Assembly (NCBI GenBank): GCA_965140585.1 | Contig: OZ223264.1 | Location: 1-64,000, forward strand | Direction: 5' to 3' | Origin: Spirochaetia bacterium | GTDB taxonomy: Bacteria > Spirochaetota > Spirochaetia > UBA9216 | DNA length: 64,000 nt | In this document: in pieces, positions 1 to 9,923 of the stretch | Layout of the letters: each line of letters starts with the position of its first letter | Position numbering within the stretch: the stretch's first letter is position 1 | The notes under the pieces: generated by a model | Database searches by the model: none | What the model was told of the DNA's origin: nothing | The model's input: the letters and a program-made list of their open reading frames with translations, nothing else | Position numbers and translations under genes: made by a program

Positions 1-324
1 ATGGGTATCAGGCTGATTCCTCTGCCGTTAAAGAGATTAATTTTTTCGGTTCTTTACTATTATTTAGGAGAAAGACAATACAGCGGAGGATTATCAAATC
101 TGGGAGCATTTAAATTACCGGAAGCTATAAGCCATGAAATTGAGGAAGTTAGACTGTTGACACCTCCCAGTCAGGGAACTTTAATTAAAGCAGGATGTAT
201 TTCATATAATGACCGTTTTTGCATTACATTCGGATCTCTTGTGAATGAACGGGAATTCGAAAGACGGTTTTTTTCGGGTCTGAGAAAGCAGGGTCTTCCT
301 GTTAAGATCAGCGTAAATTATTAA
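1..324 (+). CDS. C-terminal part of an alcohol acetyltransferase/condensation-domain-like protein (5' truncated by window edge)
   Basis: Motifs 'SNLGAFKLP' and 'CISYNDRFCITFGS...ERRFF' resemble the C-terminus of CoA-dependent acyltransferase-fold proteins; the gene sits directly upstream of a zinc-ribbon membrane protein. Confidence 0.55.
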   Translation: MGIRLIPLPLKRLIFSVLYYYLGERQYSGGLSNLGAFKLPEAISHEIEEVRLLTPPSQGTLIKAGCISYNDRFCITFGSLVNEREFERRFFSGLRKQGLPVKISVNY

Positions 325-334
325 GGAGAACATT

Positions 335-1069
335 ATGCCATACTGCCCGAAGTGCGGCGTTGAGCTTGATTCACAAATTAAAAATTGTCCGTTGTGCAGT
401 TTCCCCATACCTGATACAGGATCGCCCGATTCGGAGTCGGTTTCCAGATATTCATTTCTGCTGAACCGTCATAATTTGAAGAAAGCTGAACAGAAAAAGA
501 AGTGGATGGAGGCTAAACCCTTTGTCTTTATATCATTATTATTAACACTTATAGTACTTTCAGCTGTTTTCGGGATACTTGATATACACTTCTTTAAGGG
601 CTTTACATGGTCGCGTTATGTAATAGCTATTAATGCTGCTGTTGTTTTGATAATGTTCTTCCTCATGCGGCTTATTCCTTCTATTAGTTTTAATTTTATC
701 GGGATAGGCATGACAGTTATGATTTTCCTATATCTGATTGACAGCTTTTCTGATAATGTCAACTGGTTCTGGACACTTGGTCTGATAATCTGTTTTAATA
801 CAATGTTCTGGACACTGATTTTAAGAAAAACCATTCTGCATAGTAAGAGAAAAGGTTTAAATATCGTATCATATATTTTGTTTTCAATATCAATCGCCTG
901 TTTTTCTATTGATCTATTTTATAACTTTGCAGTATCTACCCTGATAAAATTATCATGGTCTATTCCCGTAATAAGTGTATCTATCCCTATAGGTATTTTA
1001 TTTATTCTTTTACATCTTCTTCTTTCCCCTGCAGTAAAAGAAAAATTAAAAAGGAAATTTCATATCTGA
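335..1069 (+). CDS. Zinc-ribbon (CxxC...CxxC) membrane protein, DUF6320-like
   Basis: N-terminal YCPKCG...CPLC followed by about 6 hydrophobic helices; RBS aaggag. Confidence 0.65.
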   Translation: MPYCPKCGVELDSQIKNCPLCSFPIPDTGSPDSESVSRYSFLLNRHNLKKAEQKKKWMEAKPFVFISLLLTLIVLSAVFGILDIHFFKGFTWSRYVIAINAAVVLIMFFLMRLIPSISFNFIGIGMTVMIFLYLIDSFSDNVNWFWTLGLIICFNTMFWTLILRKTILHSKRKGLNIVSYILFSISIACFSIDLFYNFAVSTLIKLSWSIPVISVSIPIGILFILLHLLLSPAVKEKLKRKFHI

Positions 1070-1518
1070 TGCAGATTCAGAAAAATTTTATACAAGTAAT
1101 CATCATGGTTTTATCAATGACGGTTTGTATAGTTTTTCCGGTATCTGCACAGAATAGATACTTGCCCGGCGATATCCCGGCCGGCATACTGGTTCCGGGC
1201 CCTGACCCATTTTCGCTTGATGTCAGCAGTGCTATTTACTGCATCAGCCTCTTAAAAAATAACCGTTATATAGAAAAGAAAAACGAATCAGAAAAATACC
1301 GGATCATTGAGGTAGATTCCGTATGGTCGTGGTTTCTTGATTACGATGAGAGCTTTCCCGAGGGCTACCGGAAACGATACGACATTATTGTAAACGGAAC
1401 TCCGCTTGACTGGGACCACAGTTTCATTGAGTACGGCGGGGAAATGATTAACATGCGCCTGCTTTTTCTATACCGGAATCAGTATCCGTCTGATGGGTTG
1501 GAGAAGTGCAGGAACTGA
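1069..1518 (+). CDS. Hypothetical exported protein
   Basis: ATG overlaps the upstream stop (TGATG at 1067-1071); signal-peptide-like N-terminus ending VSA; ORF-track start at 955 is probably over-extended. Confidence 0.55.
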   Translation: MQIQKNFIQVIIMVLSMTVCIVFPVSAQNRYLPGDIPAGILVPGPDPFSLDVSSAIYCISLLKNNRYIEKKNESEKYRIIEVDSVWSWFLDYDESFPEGYRKRYDIIVNGTPLDWDHSFIEYGGEMINMRLLFLYRNQYPSDGLEKCRN

Positions 1519-1589
1519 CAGTTTATTTTTTCTTCATTAATAAATCTGTGAATAATCGGTTATACTCTGAATTTCAAAAATTACGGTTT

Positions 1590-2462
1590 TTATTCAGAAG
1601 CACTTCTTACCTCTGGATGAATCAGACAATACAGTCCGGAAGTTTTAAATAAATACGATTCAAGAAGTGAAACACAATCGTGGGCTTCCTTCAGTTTTAT
1701 ATCATCCCGGAAATATCCATGAAATGTAATTTCTATATGTCTGCCGTATTTATGATATTTGAAATTATGAAGGCCCTTTATCTGCGGCGTCTGGTCGGAT
1801 GCCGCTGTCTCGATTAGTTTTTTAATATCCTGGGGAATCGATTCGCCAATCATGCTCCTGACCGTGTCTTTAATAATTTCTAAGGCGGCATAGATAATCA
1901 TTACGGCTACAATAAGTCCAAGGACGCTGTCTATACGTGCAATATACCGGTTAAGCCAGATTCCAATCAGAATGACTAATGAAGATATCGCATCACTTCT
2001 GTGATGCCAGCCGTCGGCGATGAGTGACCGGGAGGTTTCCTTTTTTCCGGTCTTTATGGAAATCTGGGCCATAAATTCTTTTGTTACGATTGTGACTATC
2101 ATGATTATGATGGATGATAAGGAATAATGGACATGCGTAATTCCGTAGGTCAGACTTATTATAGATTCCCTGAGAAATGTAATGCCTATATATCCCAGCA
2201 TTATTCCCACAATGATACTTGTTATTTCTTCAAAGCGGCCGAAGCCGTAGGGGTGGTTCTCACTTTTCGGTTTATTTGAGATCCAGAGTCCTGCCATTAC
2301 TATGATGGAACTGATTGAATCAGACAGCGTATGCCAGGCATCGGCTTTAATTGCGAGCGACTGGTTCTGGATACCGATAATGTACTTTACTGAAAAAAGC
2401 AGAAGGTTTGCAATAATTGAAATGGTAACAACGGACGAGCCTTTAAAAAGGATTTTTTTCAT
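1590..2462 (-). CDS. Cation diffusion facilitator (CzcD/FieF family) metal exporter
   Basis: ADAWHTLSD, HPYGFGRFE and ADGWHHRSD metal-site motifs; C-terminal dimerisation domain ending IHPE; RBS gggag before ATG 2462. Confidence 0.92.
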   Translation of the reverse strand: MKKILFKGSSVVTISIIANLLLFSVKYIIGIQNQSLAIKADAWHTLSDSISSIIVMAGLWISNKPKSENHPYGFGRFEEITSIIVGIMLGYIGITFLRESIISLTYGITHVHYSLSSIIIMIVTIVTKEFMAQISIKTGKKETSRSLIADGWHHRSDAISSLVILIGIWLNRYIARIDSVLGLIVAVMIIYAALEIIKDTVRSMIGESIPQDIKKLIETAASDQTPQIKGLHNFKYHKYGRHIEITFHGYFRDDIKLKEAHDCVSLLESYLFKTSGLYCLIHPEVRSASE

Positions 2463-2502
2463 GAATACTCCCTTTCTGAGCCAGGGAATGTTCAAAAAAA
2501 TT

Positions 2503-2546
2503 AAAAAACCTGCAGAACACCCCTACTAATGGGTCCCACAGGTTTT
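2503..2546 (-). terminator. Intrinsic terminator overlapping the NiCo aptamer 3' strand (expression platform)
   Basis: AAAACCUGUGGGAC pairs with GUUCUGCAGGUUUU (including G-U pairs) and is followed by U runs. Confidence 0.75.
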
Positions 2547-2596
2547 CCTGCTGCAACTAAATGCCCGACTGCGCCGTTTAAGGCCGCCTGATCCTT
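2531..2596 (-). ncRNA. NiCo (czcD) riboswitch aptamer
   Basis: Minus strand reads GGAUCAGGC..GCAGUCGGGC..GCAGCAGG-AAAA-CCUGUGGGACC, matching the conserved NiCo four-way-junction blocks; lies directly upstream of a CDF gene. Confidence 0.85.
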
Positions 2597-2634
2597 ATAC
2601 TCAAACTAATATTTCTAAAATACTAATATATAAT

Positions 2635-2991
2635 CTATGATCTGTCTATTACAAATGTAAAATTTTCATTTTCCCATTTTCTGGTAATCAGACCTTCCTT
2701 TTCCATCTCGTTAAGATTTTCCGCTACCAAATCAGCTGGAAGACCGAGATTTGAGCCTATCTCCGACTGCTTCAATCCATCGCCTTGCAGTGCAAGCATT
2801 GCACAGACAAGCCCTGAAAAATTATTTAATGTTTCTCTTTTGCTGTCATCAATATGATTCTGTGACTTTTCACTTTTGTGGGATCTGCTGCTGAGCAGCG
2901 CAAAAATTATTATTGCGGCGAGTATTAATCCGGTTAATATCAATAGCCAGTAATGATTGAAGAATCCGTCAAAAAGGTATGAATGTCGCAT
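2635..2991 (-). CDS. Small membrane-anchored winged-helix protein
   Basis: One N-terminal TM helix; C-terminal 'LKQSEIGSNLGL...LNEMEKEGLITRK' resembles a MarR-type wHTH; RBS aaaggag. Confidence 0.6.
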   Translation of the reverse strand: MRHSYLFDGFFNHYWLLILTGLILAAIIIFALLSSRSHKSEKSQNHIDDSKRETLNNFSGLVCAMLALQGDGLKQSEIGSNLGLPADLVAENLNEMEKEGLITRKWENENFTFVIDRS

Positions 2992-3205
2992 ATTTAAAAC
3001 TCCTTTGCTTTTGTTTAGAGAAATATAACATAAATTATATATAGAAAATTAGTTTGTTTTGTGAAGATTTTAAAAGGATGACTTTTTCCCAGGGATTACC
3101 GATAATTAAAAAATAAGTAATTTCCGAGCATGGTATTGCTAATTTGAAATTTAGTTCATAAAATTTATCTACAGGAAAAAAAGCAAAGTTCTGGAGGACT
3201 ATTTA

Positions 3206-5158
3206 ATGAAATTAAAAACTACCTTATTATCCGGGTTCCTTGGAATGGCAGCTCTTACATTTCTTATAGGTTTAATAGCTTTCCTTATCAGCAACAGTAC
3301 CATTGGGAGCTATGAGGATGTTAATTCTTTAGGGGAAGTAGAAACCAGTCTTCTGGATGCAGTTAATGCTCATAATGAATGGAAATCAAGCCTGGAGGAG
3401 TCTTTTCTTTTTAATTCTAATGAAATTAATGTTCAGTTTGACGGACATAAATGCGGATTCGGAACATGGTTTTATCAGGGTGGACTGGACACTCTGAAGC
3501 AGCTTTCGCCTGATTCTGCAGCGGTTATTATGAAGGCTGAGCAGGATCACCTGGCTCTTCATTCATCGGCTATCAGGATTGATGAGCTCTGGGCCAGTAT
3601 TCATCCGGGGCTTGGCGAAGAGTTGTATAAAAGGCTCAGTGATCATAACCGTTGGGCAGCAAATTTAATTGAAGATATCATGAAAGGTCAGATTTCTGAT
3701 GTACAGGTTGATCCGACACTCTGCGGATTTGGTCAGTTTCTTTCCAGCAGCTGGAATAAGGAACTTAAAGATTCCTGGCCGGAATATAAAAAGATTATGG
3801 TTCCGATAATTTCTGCCCACGAAAAACTTCATCAAGCTGTACCGGCAATAAATGATGCTGCTGATTTTGATGATAAATACTATTTATTTGAAACAGAAGT
3901 ACTGCCAAATCTTGAATCAATAAGGTCTGCTTTTCAGGAAATTATTGAACTGGAGAAGACTCTGATAGAAAATCAGGATGCGGCAAATAATATTTTCAAT
4001 ACTGAAACTGCAGGTTATCTGAATGCCGTAAAATCCGGAATAAACGATACGGTTGCACAATTGACTCTGGAACGGGAAGGGCTTGTTGAGGATGCTGAAC
4101 AGTTGAATTTTATGCAGAGCATAATTATCTGGACGGGTATCGGCCTTGGGATTCTGATTGGTATTTTTGTTGCGGTTATGATTACCAGATCTGTACTTAG
4201 ACGGCTTGGCGGAGAACCGGATGAAATTTCATTGATTGCTGAGAGCATTGCAGAAGGAAATCTTGATATAGAGTATGACGATCGTGAGCTGCGGGGGGTC
4301 TATGCTTCAATGAAGACTATGTCGCTTAAACTCTCTCAAATAGTCAGTTCAGTATTAAGCGGAAGTGAGCAGGTGGCTTCTGCAAGTGAACAGCTGGCAT
4401 CCGGAAATCAGGATCTTTCCAACAGAACAGAGCGTCAGGCTGCCTCTTTGGAAGAAACATCCTCTGCCATTGAACAGATGAATGCCTCAATTAAATCCAA
4501 TGCCGATAATACCAAGACAGCTGACAGCCTTTCCAGGGAGGCAGCCGGAAAGTCTGAATACGGAGCAGAAACTATTCATGAAATGGTAAACTCCATGAAT
4601 GAAATAAGTATTTCAAGCAATAAAATTGCTGATATTATTGAGGTTATTACAAATATCGCTTTTCAGACGAATCTGCTGGCATTGAATGCTTCCATTGAAT
4701 CTGCGAGGGCAGGTGAACATGGAAAAGGCTTTGCTGTTGTTGCGGTTGAGGTGAGAAAGCTTGCCAAGCGCTCGGATCGGGCTGCAAAAGAAATAACCGA
4801 TATTATTAAATCAAGTAACCAAAGGGTATCTGAAGGTGTTGAAATAGCCAATAAGGCAGGTGTTGTTCTTCAGGATATTAATGATGCGGTCAGAAAGGTT
4901 ACTGCACTTGTTGCAGAGATCTCCGCAGCCTCCCAGGAGCAGATATCAAGTTCCAATGAAATTAATCAGGCTCTTATTTCTCTCGATGAAAATACCCAGA
5001 AAAATGCAGCATTAATTGAAGAATCTGCTTCTGCCACCGAAGAGCTCTCCGCTCAGGCCCAGGAGCTGAATACAATAATGCAGTTCTTTACCTCGGTCAG
5101 TGATCCTGCTATAGAATCCAAAGTAAATTTGCAGATAGAGGGGCCGGGGATCGATTAA
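3206..5158 (+). CDS. Methyl-accepting chemotaxis protein with two periplasmic CZB domains
   Basis: TM1, two H-xx-W/C-x-FG/H-xx-LH repeats, TM2, HAMP, then signalling domain ([30 protein letters not shown]); RBS ggagg. Confidence 0.93.
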   Translation: MKLKTTLLSGFLGMAALTFLIGLIAFLISNSTIGSYEDVNSLGEVETSLLDAVNAHNEWKSSLEESFLFNSNEINVQFDGHKCGFGTWFYQGGLDTLKQLSPDSAAVIMKAEQDHLALHSSAIRIDELWASIHPGLGEELYKRLSDHNRWAANLIEDIMKGQISDVQVDPTLCGFGQFLSSSWNKELKDSWPEYKKIMVPIISAHEKLHQAVPAINDAADFDDKYYLFETEVLPNLESIRSAFQEIIELEKTLIENQDAANNIFNTETAGYLNAVKSGINDTVAQLTLEREGLVEDAEQLNFMQSIIIWTGIGLGILIGIFVAVMITRSVLRRLGGEPDEISLIAESIAEGNLDIEYDDRELRGVYASMKTMSLKLSQIVSSVLSGSEQVASASEQLASGNQDLSNRTERQAASLEETSSAIEQMNASIKSNADNTKTADSLSREAAGKSEYGAETIHEMVNSMNEISISSNKIADIIEVITNIAFQTNLLALNASIESARAGEHGKGFAVVAVEVRKLAKRSDRAAKEITDIIKSSNQRVSEGVEIANKAGVVLQDINDAVRKVTALVAEISAASQEQISSSNEINQALISLDENTQKNAALIEESASATEELSAQAQELNTIMQFFTSVSDPAIESKVNLQIEGPGID

Positions 5159-5305
5159 AATCACAGGTTTTCACCATCTCAGGGAATATCATTTTTATAC
5201 AATGGGTATCAGCACTATCCTTGATTATGTATATAGTGGGGAAAAAGTTATATTATATTTATCACCTGAGCAATAAAAAATAACCTATAGAGAGGTGAAA
5301 ATATA

Positions 5306-8300
5306 ATGTCCCACAAATTTAATGAAAAACTTAAACTTAGATGCGGTGCTGAATTCAAAAACCGTATTATTATGGCGCCTATGACTACCTTGTGCGGGAA
5401 CTCAAATGGTACTGCACCGCATGAACTTGTTAGATACTATGGTCTACGTGCAGGTGGCCCCGGTGCTATAGTTGTTGAATGTGTGCATATAAATGCTACC
5501 GGCCGTGTTTTCCCAGGCGGTATAGGTCTTGATAATGACGGTGAGATCGAAGGTCTCTCAAAGATTTCCGAGGCTATTAAAGAAAAGGATACAAAGGCCA
5601 TTCTTCAGGTTTTTCATGGCGGAAGAATGACCAATCCCTCCCTTATTAATGGAGCACAGCCTGTCTGCCCAAGTGCAATAGCAGCCCCCCGGGCAGGTGC
5701 GGTTGTTCCAAGAGAACTTACAGCATCAGAAATTGATAATCTTATTATTGAATTTGCAGAAACATGTAAAAGAGCTGTACGTGCAGGTTTTGATGGTGTA
5801 GAGATACATGGTGGAAATACCTATCTTATTCAGCAGTTCTTTTCACCCCATTCAAACCGAAGAACCGATAAATGGGGTGGTGATGTAAAATCAAGAGCTC
5901 AGTTTCCACTTGCTGTACTTAAGGCTATTAAAGCTGCAGTTCCTGATGAGGGTTTTATAATAGGATACCGATTTAGTCCTGAAGAACTTGAAGTTCCGGG
6001 CATCAGGTACAATGATACACTTTTCCTTTTAGAGCAGCTTGCAGCTGAAGGAATTGACTACCTTCACTTTTCAACCAAGACCCTGCATCAGACTTCAATT
6101 GTAAACAGAGACGATCAGGAGACTCTTCTTGAAAAACTTATTGGCAGTGCCTCCAATACTTTAAAATCAGTTCCGCTTGTCGGTGTCGGTGGTGTAATGA
6201 GGGGGGAGCAGGCTGATAAGGGCATCGAAGCCGGATTCTCTGCTATTGCTATAGGACGTGAACTCATTGTTGAGCCTGAATGGGTCCAGAAGACTGTTTC
6301 AGGTGAACCGGCATCAACTTATGTAAGGCATGATCAGTGTAGAAAGCTGGCAATACCTGAGTCTCTCTGGAACTTTGTTGAAAGTGACATGTCGGCAGAA
6401 TACAAGCGCGTTAATGCTGATAAGCTTGCAGCAAGAGTATTCCAGCCCGGTACCTATCGTGAGAGCTTTGATGATCTGCATGGCATAATTACTCTTAAGG
6501 TAAAGGTAAACGAGAAAGGGATTGAAGATATTGAAGTTATCGGCGGTTCAGAAATTGAAGGAGCCGAAGAGGATGTATTTGACGTTATTCCCAGGCGCAT
6601 GATTGAGCTGAATTCAACTTCAATTGATATTATTACCGGGGCTTCAATGTCCTGTAAAGGGATTATTGCCTGTGTTGACAGGGCTCTTGCAAAGGCTTGC
6701 GGAGAGGAGGATCCTTTTGCGGTTCAGTATAATGGTGAAGTGATTCCTACTCCTACATGGCTTGGTGACGAACCTGTAATTATTGATGAACAGATTGAGA
6801 AATATGTTGAGACAGATGTTATTGTAGTCGGTGCAGGTGTGGCCGGTGTTAGTGCTACACGTTCAGCAGCAGAAGAAGGTGCCGAGGTTATAGTGTTCGA
6901 AAAAGCTGACGGACCTCAGACCAGAAGCGGTGAGTATGCTGTTATTAATGGCCGTCTTCAAAAGATGTGGGGCCGTGATGGTCTTGATACTGACGAAATT
7001 GCCGATGACATGATGAAGGAATGTTCATACAGAATAAAAAGACCTATTATCAAGAGATGGGCTGATGAATGTGCCGATGTTTTTGACTGGTGGATTGCTG
7101 CAAAACCGGATCTTTATATATGTAAAACCAACAGGGAAGATGTTCCGGATGAATACAAAGACTCATTCCTTGTTCCGCTCTATCATCCGCTTCCTGAGCA
7201 TTATAATTACCGTGAAGAAGTTTTTCCGACTATTCCGACATCAGTTGAATTCCTTCCGACTCAGCATCCTGTTGTATTCGCTAATATGGATAAAGCTGTC
7301 GGTGAAAATAAGGTGACTCCCTTCTATGGACATTTTGTAGTTAAGCTGATTACTGATGAACACAAAAAGGTCATTGGTGTTTACGCCCGTAATGCTGAAA
7401 CAGGACAGTATGTTAAAGCCGTTGCCAGAAAGGGTGTTATTCTCGCTTCGGGTGATTATGCAAGCAATACCGAAATGGTTCGCTATTATTGTCCGCATAT
7501 AATCGAAAACGGAGTTCCGTCAATCTGGATGAACAGGGACGTGGAGGGTATGCCGACGAATACCGGTGATGGACTGAAATTCGGAGCCTGGATTGGTGCG
7601 CGAATACAGCAGAACCATGCTCCTATTACACATAATATGGGCGGCCCCGGAGGTACCGGTGGTGCCATGGGAAATACTCCCTTCCTCTTCCTGAATGACA
7701 GGGGTGAACGTTTCATGAATGAGAGTGTTCCGGGACAGCAGCTTGAAAACCAGATAGAAATGCAGCCCAACCAGGCGGCTTTCCAGATTTTTGATGACAA
7801 CTGGCCTGAAGCAATTCCGTTCATGCCTACAAACCACGGTACAGTCTGCTACTATGATGATGGAATAAAGCCGAAGAACAATGAAGAAGACAGAAGTTAC
7901 CGTAGCCGGAAAGAGATTGATGAAGCTGTAGAAACCTATCAGTTGGTTAAAAAGGATACTCTTGAAGAGCTGTTTGAAGAACTGGGAATAGAAGTTAAGA
8001 CCGGTATTGCATCGGTTAAAAGATACAACGAACTCTGCGCAAAGGGTAAAGACGAAGATTTTGGTAAACCTGCAAAAAGACTGTTTCCTATCGACAAGGC
8101 TCCTTTTTACGGAGTTAAGATGGGTGTTACCGCAATGCTCTGCTGCCTGGGCGGGCTTGAAAGTGATGAAAACTGTCATACATTTGATCAGAATACACGT
8201 GAAATTATTAAAGGCCTTTACGTGGCCGGAAATATTCAGGGAAACAGGTTTGCTGTTGAATATCCGATTGCTATCAAAGGTGTAAGTCATTCAATCTCAG

Positions 8301-8347
8301 TTTTTTACGGTTATGTCGCTGGAAAAAACTGTGTAAAAGGTATATAA
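5306..8347 (+). CDS. Cytoplasmic NADH:acceptor oxidoreductase: OYE-like domain + FMN-binding (flavinylated) domain + FAD-binding flavocytochrome-c-like domain
   Basis: NRIIMAPMT and GFDGVEIHGGNTYLIQQFFSP (OYE); DIITGAS flavinylation motif; VIVVGAGVAG, GDG and GLYVAG (FAD_binding_2); no signal peptide. Confidence 0.88.
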   Translation: MSHKFNEKLKLRCGAEFKNRIIMAPMTTLCGNSNGTAPHELVRYYGLRAGGPGAIVVECVHINATGRVFPGGIGLDNDGEIEGLSKISEAIKEKDTKAILQVFHGGRMTNPSLINGAQPVCPSAIAAPRAGAVVPRELTASEIDNLIIEFAETCKRAVRAGFDGVEIHGGNTYLIQQFFSPHSNRRTDKWGGDVKSRAQFPLAVLKAIKAAVPDEGFIIGYRFSPEELEVPGIRYNDTLFLLEQLAAEGIDYLHFSTKTLHQTSIVNRDDQETLLEKLIGSASNTLKSVPLVGVGGVMRGEQADKGIEAGFSAIAIGRELIVEPEWVQKTVSGEPASTYVRHDQCRKLAIPESLWNFVESDMSAEYKRVNADKLAARVFQPGTYRESFDDLHGIITLKVKVNEKGIEDIEVIGGSEIEGAEEDVFDVIPRRMIELNSTSIDIITGASMSCKGIIACVDRALAKACGEEDPFAVQYNGEVIPTPTWLGDEPVIIDEQIEKYVETDVIVVGAGVAGVSATRSAAEEGAEVIVFEKADGPQTRSGEYAVINGRLQKMWGRDGLDTDEIADDMMKECSYRIKRPIIKRWADECADVFDWWIAAKPDLYICKTNREDVPDEYKDSFLVPLYHPLPEHYNYREEVFPTIPTSVEFLPTQHPVVFANMDKAVGENKVTPFYGHFVVKLITDEHKKVIGVYARNAETGQYVKAVARKGVILASGDYASNTEMVRYYCPHIIENGVPSIWMNRDVEGMPTNTGDGLKFGAWIGARIQQNHAPITHNMGGPGGTGGAMGNTPFLFLNDRGERFMNESVPGQQLENQIEMQPNQAAFQIFDDNWPEAIPFMPTNHGTVCYYDDGIKPKNNEEDRSYRSRKEIDEAVETYQLVKKDTLEELFEELGIEVKTGIASVKRYNELCAKGKDEDFGKPAKRLFPIDKAPFYGVKMGVTAMLCCLGGLESDENCHTFDQNTREIIKGLYVAGNIQGNRFAVEYPIAIKGVSHSISVFYGYVAGKNCVKGI

Positions 8348-8349
8348 AA

Positions 8350-9327
8350 TTGTCGGATCAGCGGACCATAAACAGTGAAAATCTAATGGGTACGCTGATC
8401 CGTACTATTATTCCCGGCGAGGTCCCTCACTCTGTCACTGATACAGTCTTCGATCTTCTCCGCAGTCTGGAAGCCCGGCTGACTGTTAACAGCCCTTCAG
8501 CTTCCGGGCAGAAATCACAGCTGAAAGAAATAAATGATTCAGCGGGTGTCTCGGCTGTTAATGTAGAGTCGGATGTATACAGTATTGTCCGAAGGGCTGT
8601 TGCTGCCAGCCTTGAATACCGTGACGGCTTCAACGCCTTTCTGGGTCCGGTTGTTAAGGCCTGGGGCATAGGATTTGAAAATCCCCGAATCCTTACTGAT
8701 GATGAAATTTCCGAACTTTTAAAACTTACAAACCCCGAAGATGCTGTACTTAATGATGAAATGCAATCGGTTTTTCTTACCCGTAAAAATATGCAGCTTG
8801 ATCTAGGGGCAATCGCGAAGGGATATGCAGCGGATCTTGCAGGTCAGATTTATAACTCACATGGGATTTATCAGGGGCTGATAGACCTCGGCGGAAATGT
8901 CCTGGCTATGGGCGGTTCCGACAGAGCTGCGGACGGTTACTGGCGGATCGGAATCCAGTCACCTTTTGATTCAAGAGGCGCCGTTGCAGGAACGCTTGCC
9001 ATCCGAGATGCCTCTGTTGTTACTTCAGGTATTTATGAACGAACTTTTGAGTCTGGCGGAAAGAAGTATCATCATATGATTGATCCTCTTACCGGCCGGC
9101 CCTTTGAGACAGACCTTGCAAGTGTGACGGTTATTGCCGGGACCTCTATCGAAGCTGATCTATGGGCAACGATCCTGCAGGCCGGCGGACTTGATACGGC
9201 ATATGAAAAAGCCGAAGGCTGCTCTGACATTGAGGCTGTTTTCATCACAAGGGACGGTCTTGTTGTCCCGACTCCGGCGATACGCAACTGGTTTTCTCTG
9301 ACTGACAATTCCTTCCGGCTGAATTAA
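8350..9327 (+). CDS. apbE: FAD:protein FMN transferase, cytoplasmic type (no lipoprotein signal)
   Basis: MGT, LDLGAIAKGYAAD, DLGGN, VVTSGIYER, YHHMIDPLTG motifs; TTG start 2 nt after the reductase stop. Confidence 0.93.
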   Translation: MSDQRTINSENLMGTLIRTIIPGEVPHSVTDTVFDLLRSLEARLTVNSPSASGQKSQLKEINDSAGVSAVNVESDVYSIVRRAVAASLEYRDGFNAFLGPVVKAWGIGFENPRILTDDEISELLKLTNPEDAVLNDEMQSVFLTRKNMQLDLGAIAKGYAADLAGQIYNSHGIYQGLIDLGGNVLAMGGSDRAADGYWRIGIQSPFDSRGAVAGTLAIRDASVVTSGIYERTFESGGKKYHHMIDPLTGRPFETDLASVTVIAGTSIEADLWATILQAGGLDTAYEKAEGCSDIEAVFITRDGLVVPTPAIRNWFSLTDNSFRLN

Positions 9328-9815
9328 TTCAGAATGTCGTTTAAGCAAATATTTTTACAGCCTTTGCTTTGATAATATTCCAGCATCTCGGGAATTTTTT
9401 TCATTGACCAGCTGGTAATGCAATCTGATAAGACATTTACATCAAAACCTGCTTTGCGTAAATTGAAACAGGTTGATTTAACACATATAGCTGCATCTGC
9501 TCCCGCTATATAAAATTCTCCAATTTCATTTTTACTGATAAAGTCTCTAAATTCTTCACTGGTTAATGCATTAGTCCTGGTTTTTGTAAAGATCTTCTCT
9601 GAAACTACTTTCAAGTCTTCAGCTAACTCAGCCCCGAATGTATTGGGTTTAAGTACCCTCGAACCGGCTGATAGATTTTCATGCTTTATATAGACTACAT
9701 GAACTTTATTATTGGCGGCCCAATCGATTGCTTTATTTATGTTACCAATAACATTTTTATAATTCCCGGTTATGTCATTTTGAATATCTATTACGACGAT
9801 GGCTTTTTTCTGCAA
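9324..9815 (-). CDS. Isochorismatase-family cysteine hydrolase
   Basis: AIVVIDIQND, FTK..NAL and ADAAICVKST motifs. Confidence 0.88.
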   Translation of the reverse strand: MQKKAIVVIDIQNDITGNYKNVIGNINKAIDWAANNKVHVVYIKHENLSAGSRVLKPNTFGAELAEDLKVVSEKIFTKTRTNALTSEEFRDFISKNEIGEFYIAGADAAICVKSTCFNLRKAGFDVNVLSDCITSWSMKKIPEMLEYYQSKGCKNICLNDILN

Positions 9816-9870
9816 AATATATCCTCCTCATTAGCAGATTTATATGCTTATTTTTCAATTATACATACAA

Positions 9871-9894
9871 TTGTTGACAACAGTATGGCAACAA
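9871..9894. promoter_or_regulatory. Inverted repeat, probable operator of the HTH-WYL regulator
   Basis: TTGTTGACA-N6-TGGCAACAA (8/9 symmetric) lies between the divergent hydrolase and WYL genes. Confidence 0.55.
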
Positions 9895-9923
9895 TATAAA
9901 AATATAAAGCAGGTAATTATCTG

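Noticed and set aside
955-1068. N-terminal extension of ORF 955-1518
   Set aside because: Overlaps the upstream gene; the TGATG coupling at 1067-1071 gives a better start
7520-8290. 256-aa antisense ORF, and the many other 60-175 aa ORFs nested in or opposite long genes
   Set aside because: Shadows of well-supported genes on the other strand or frame; no motifs, RBS or promoter
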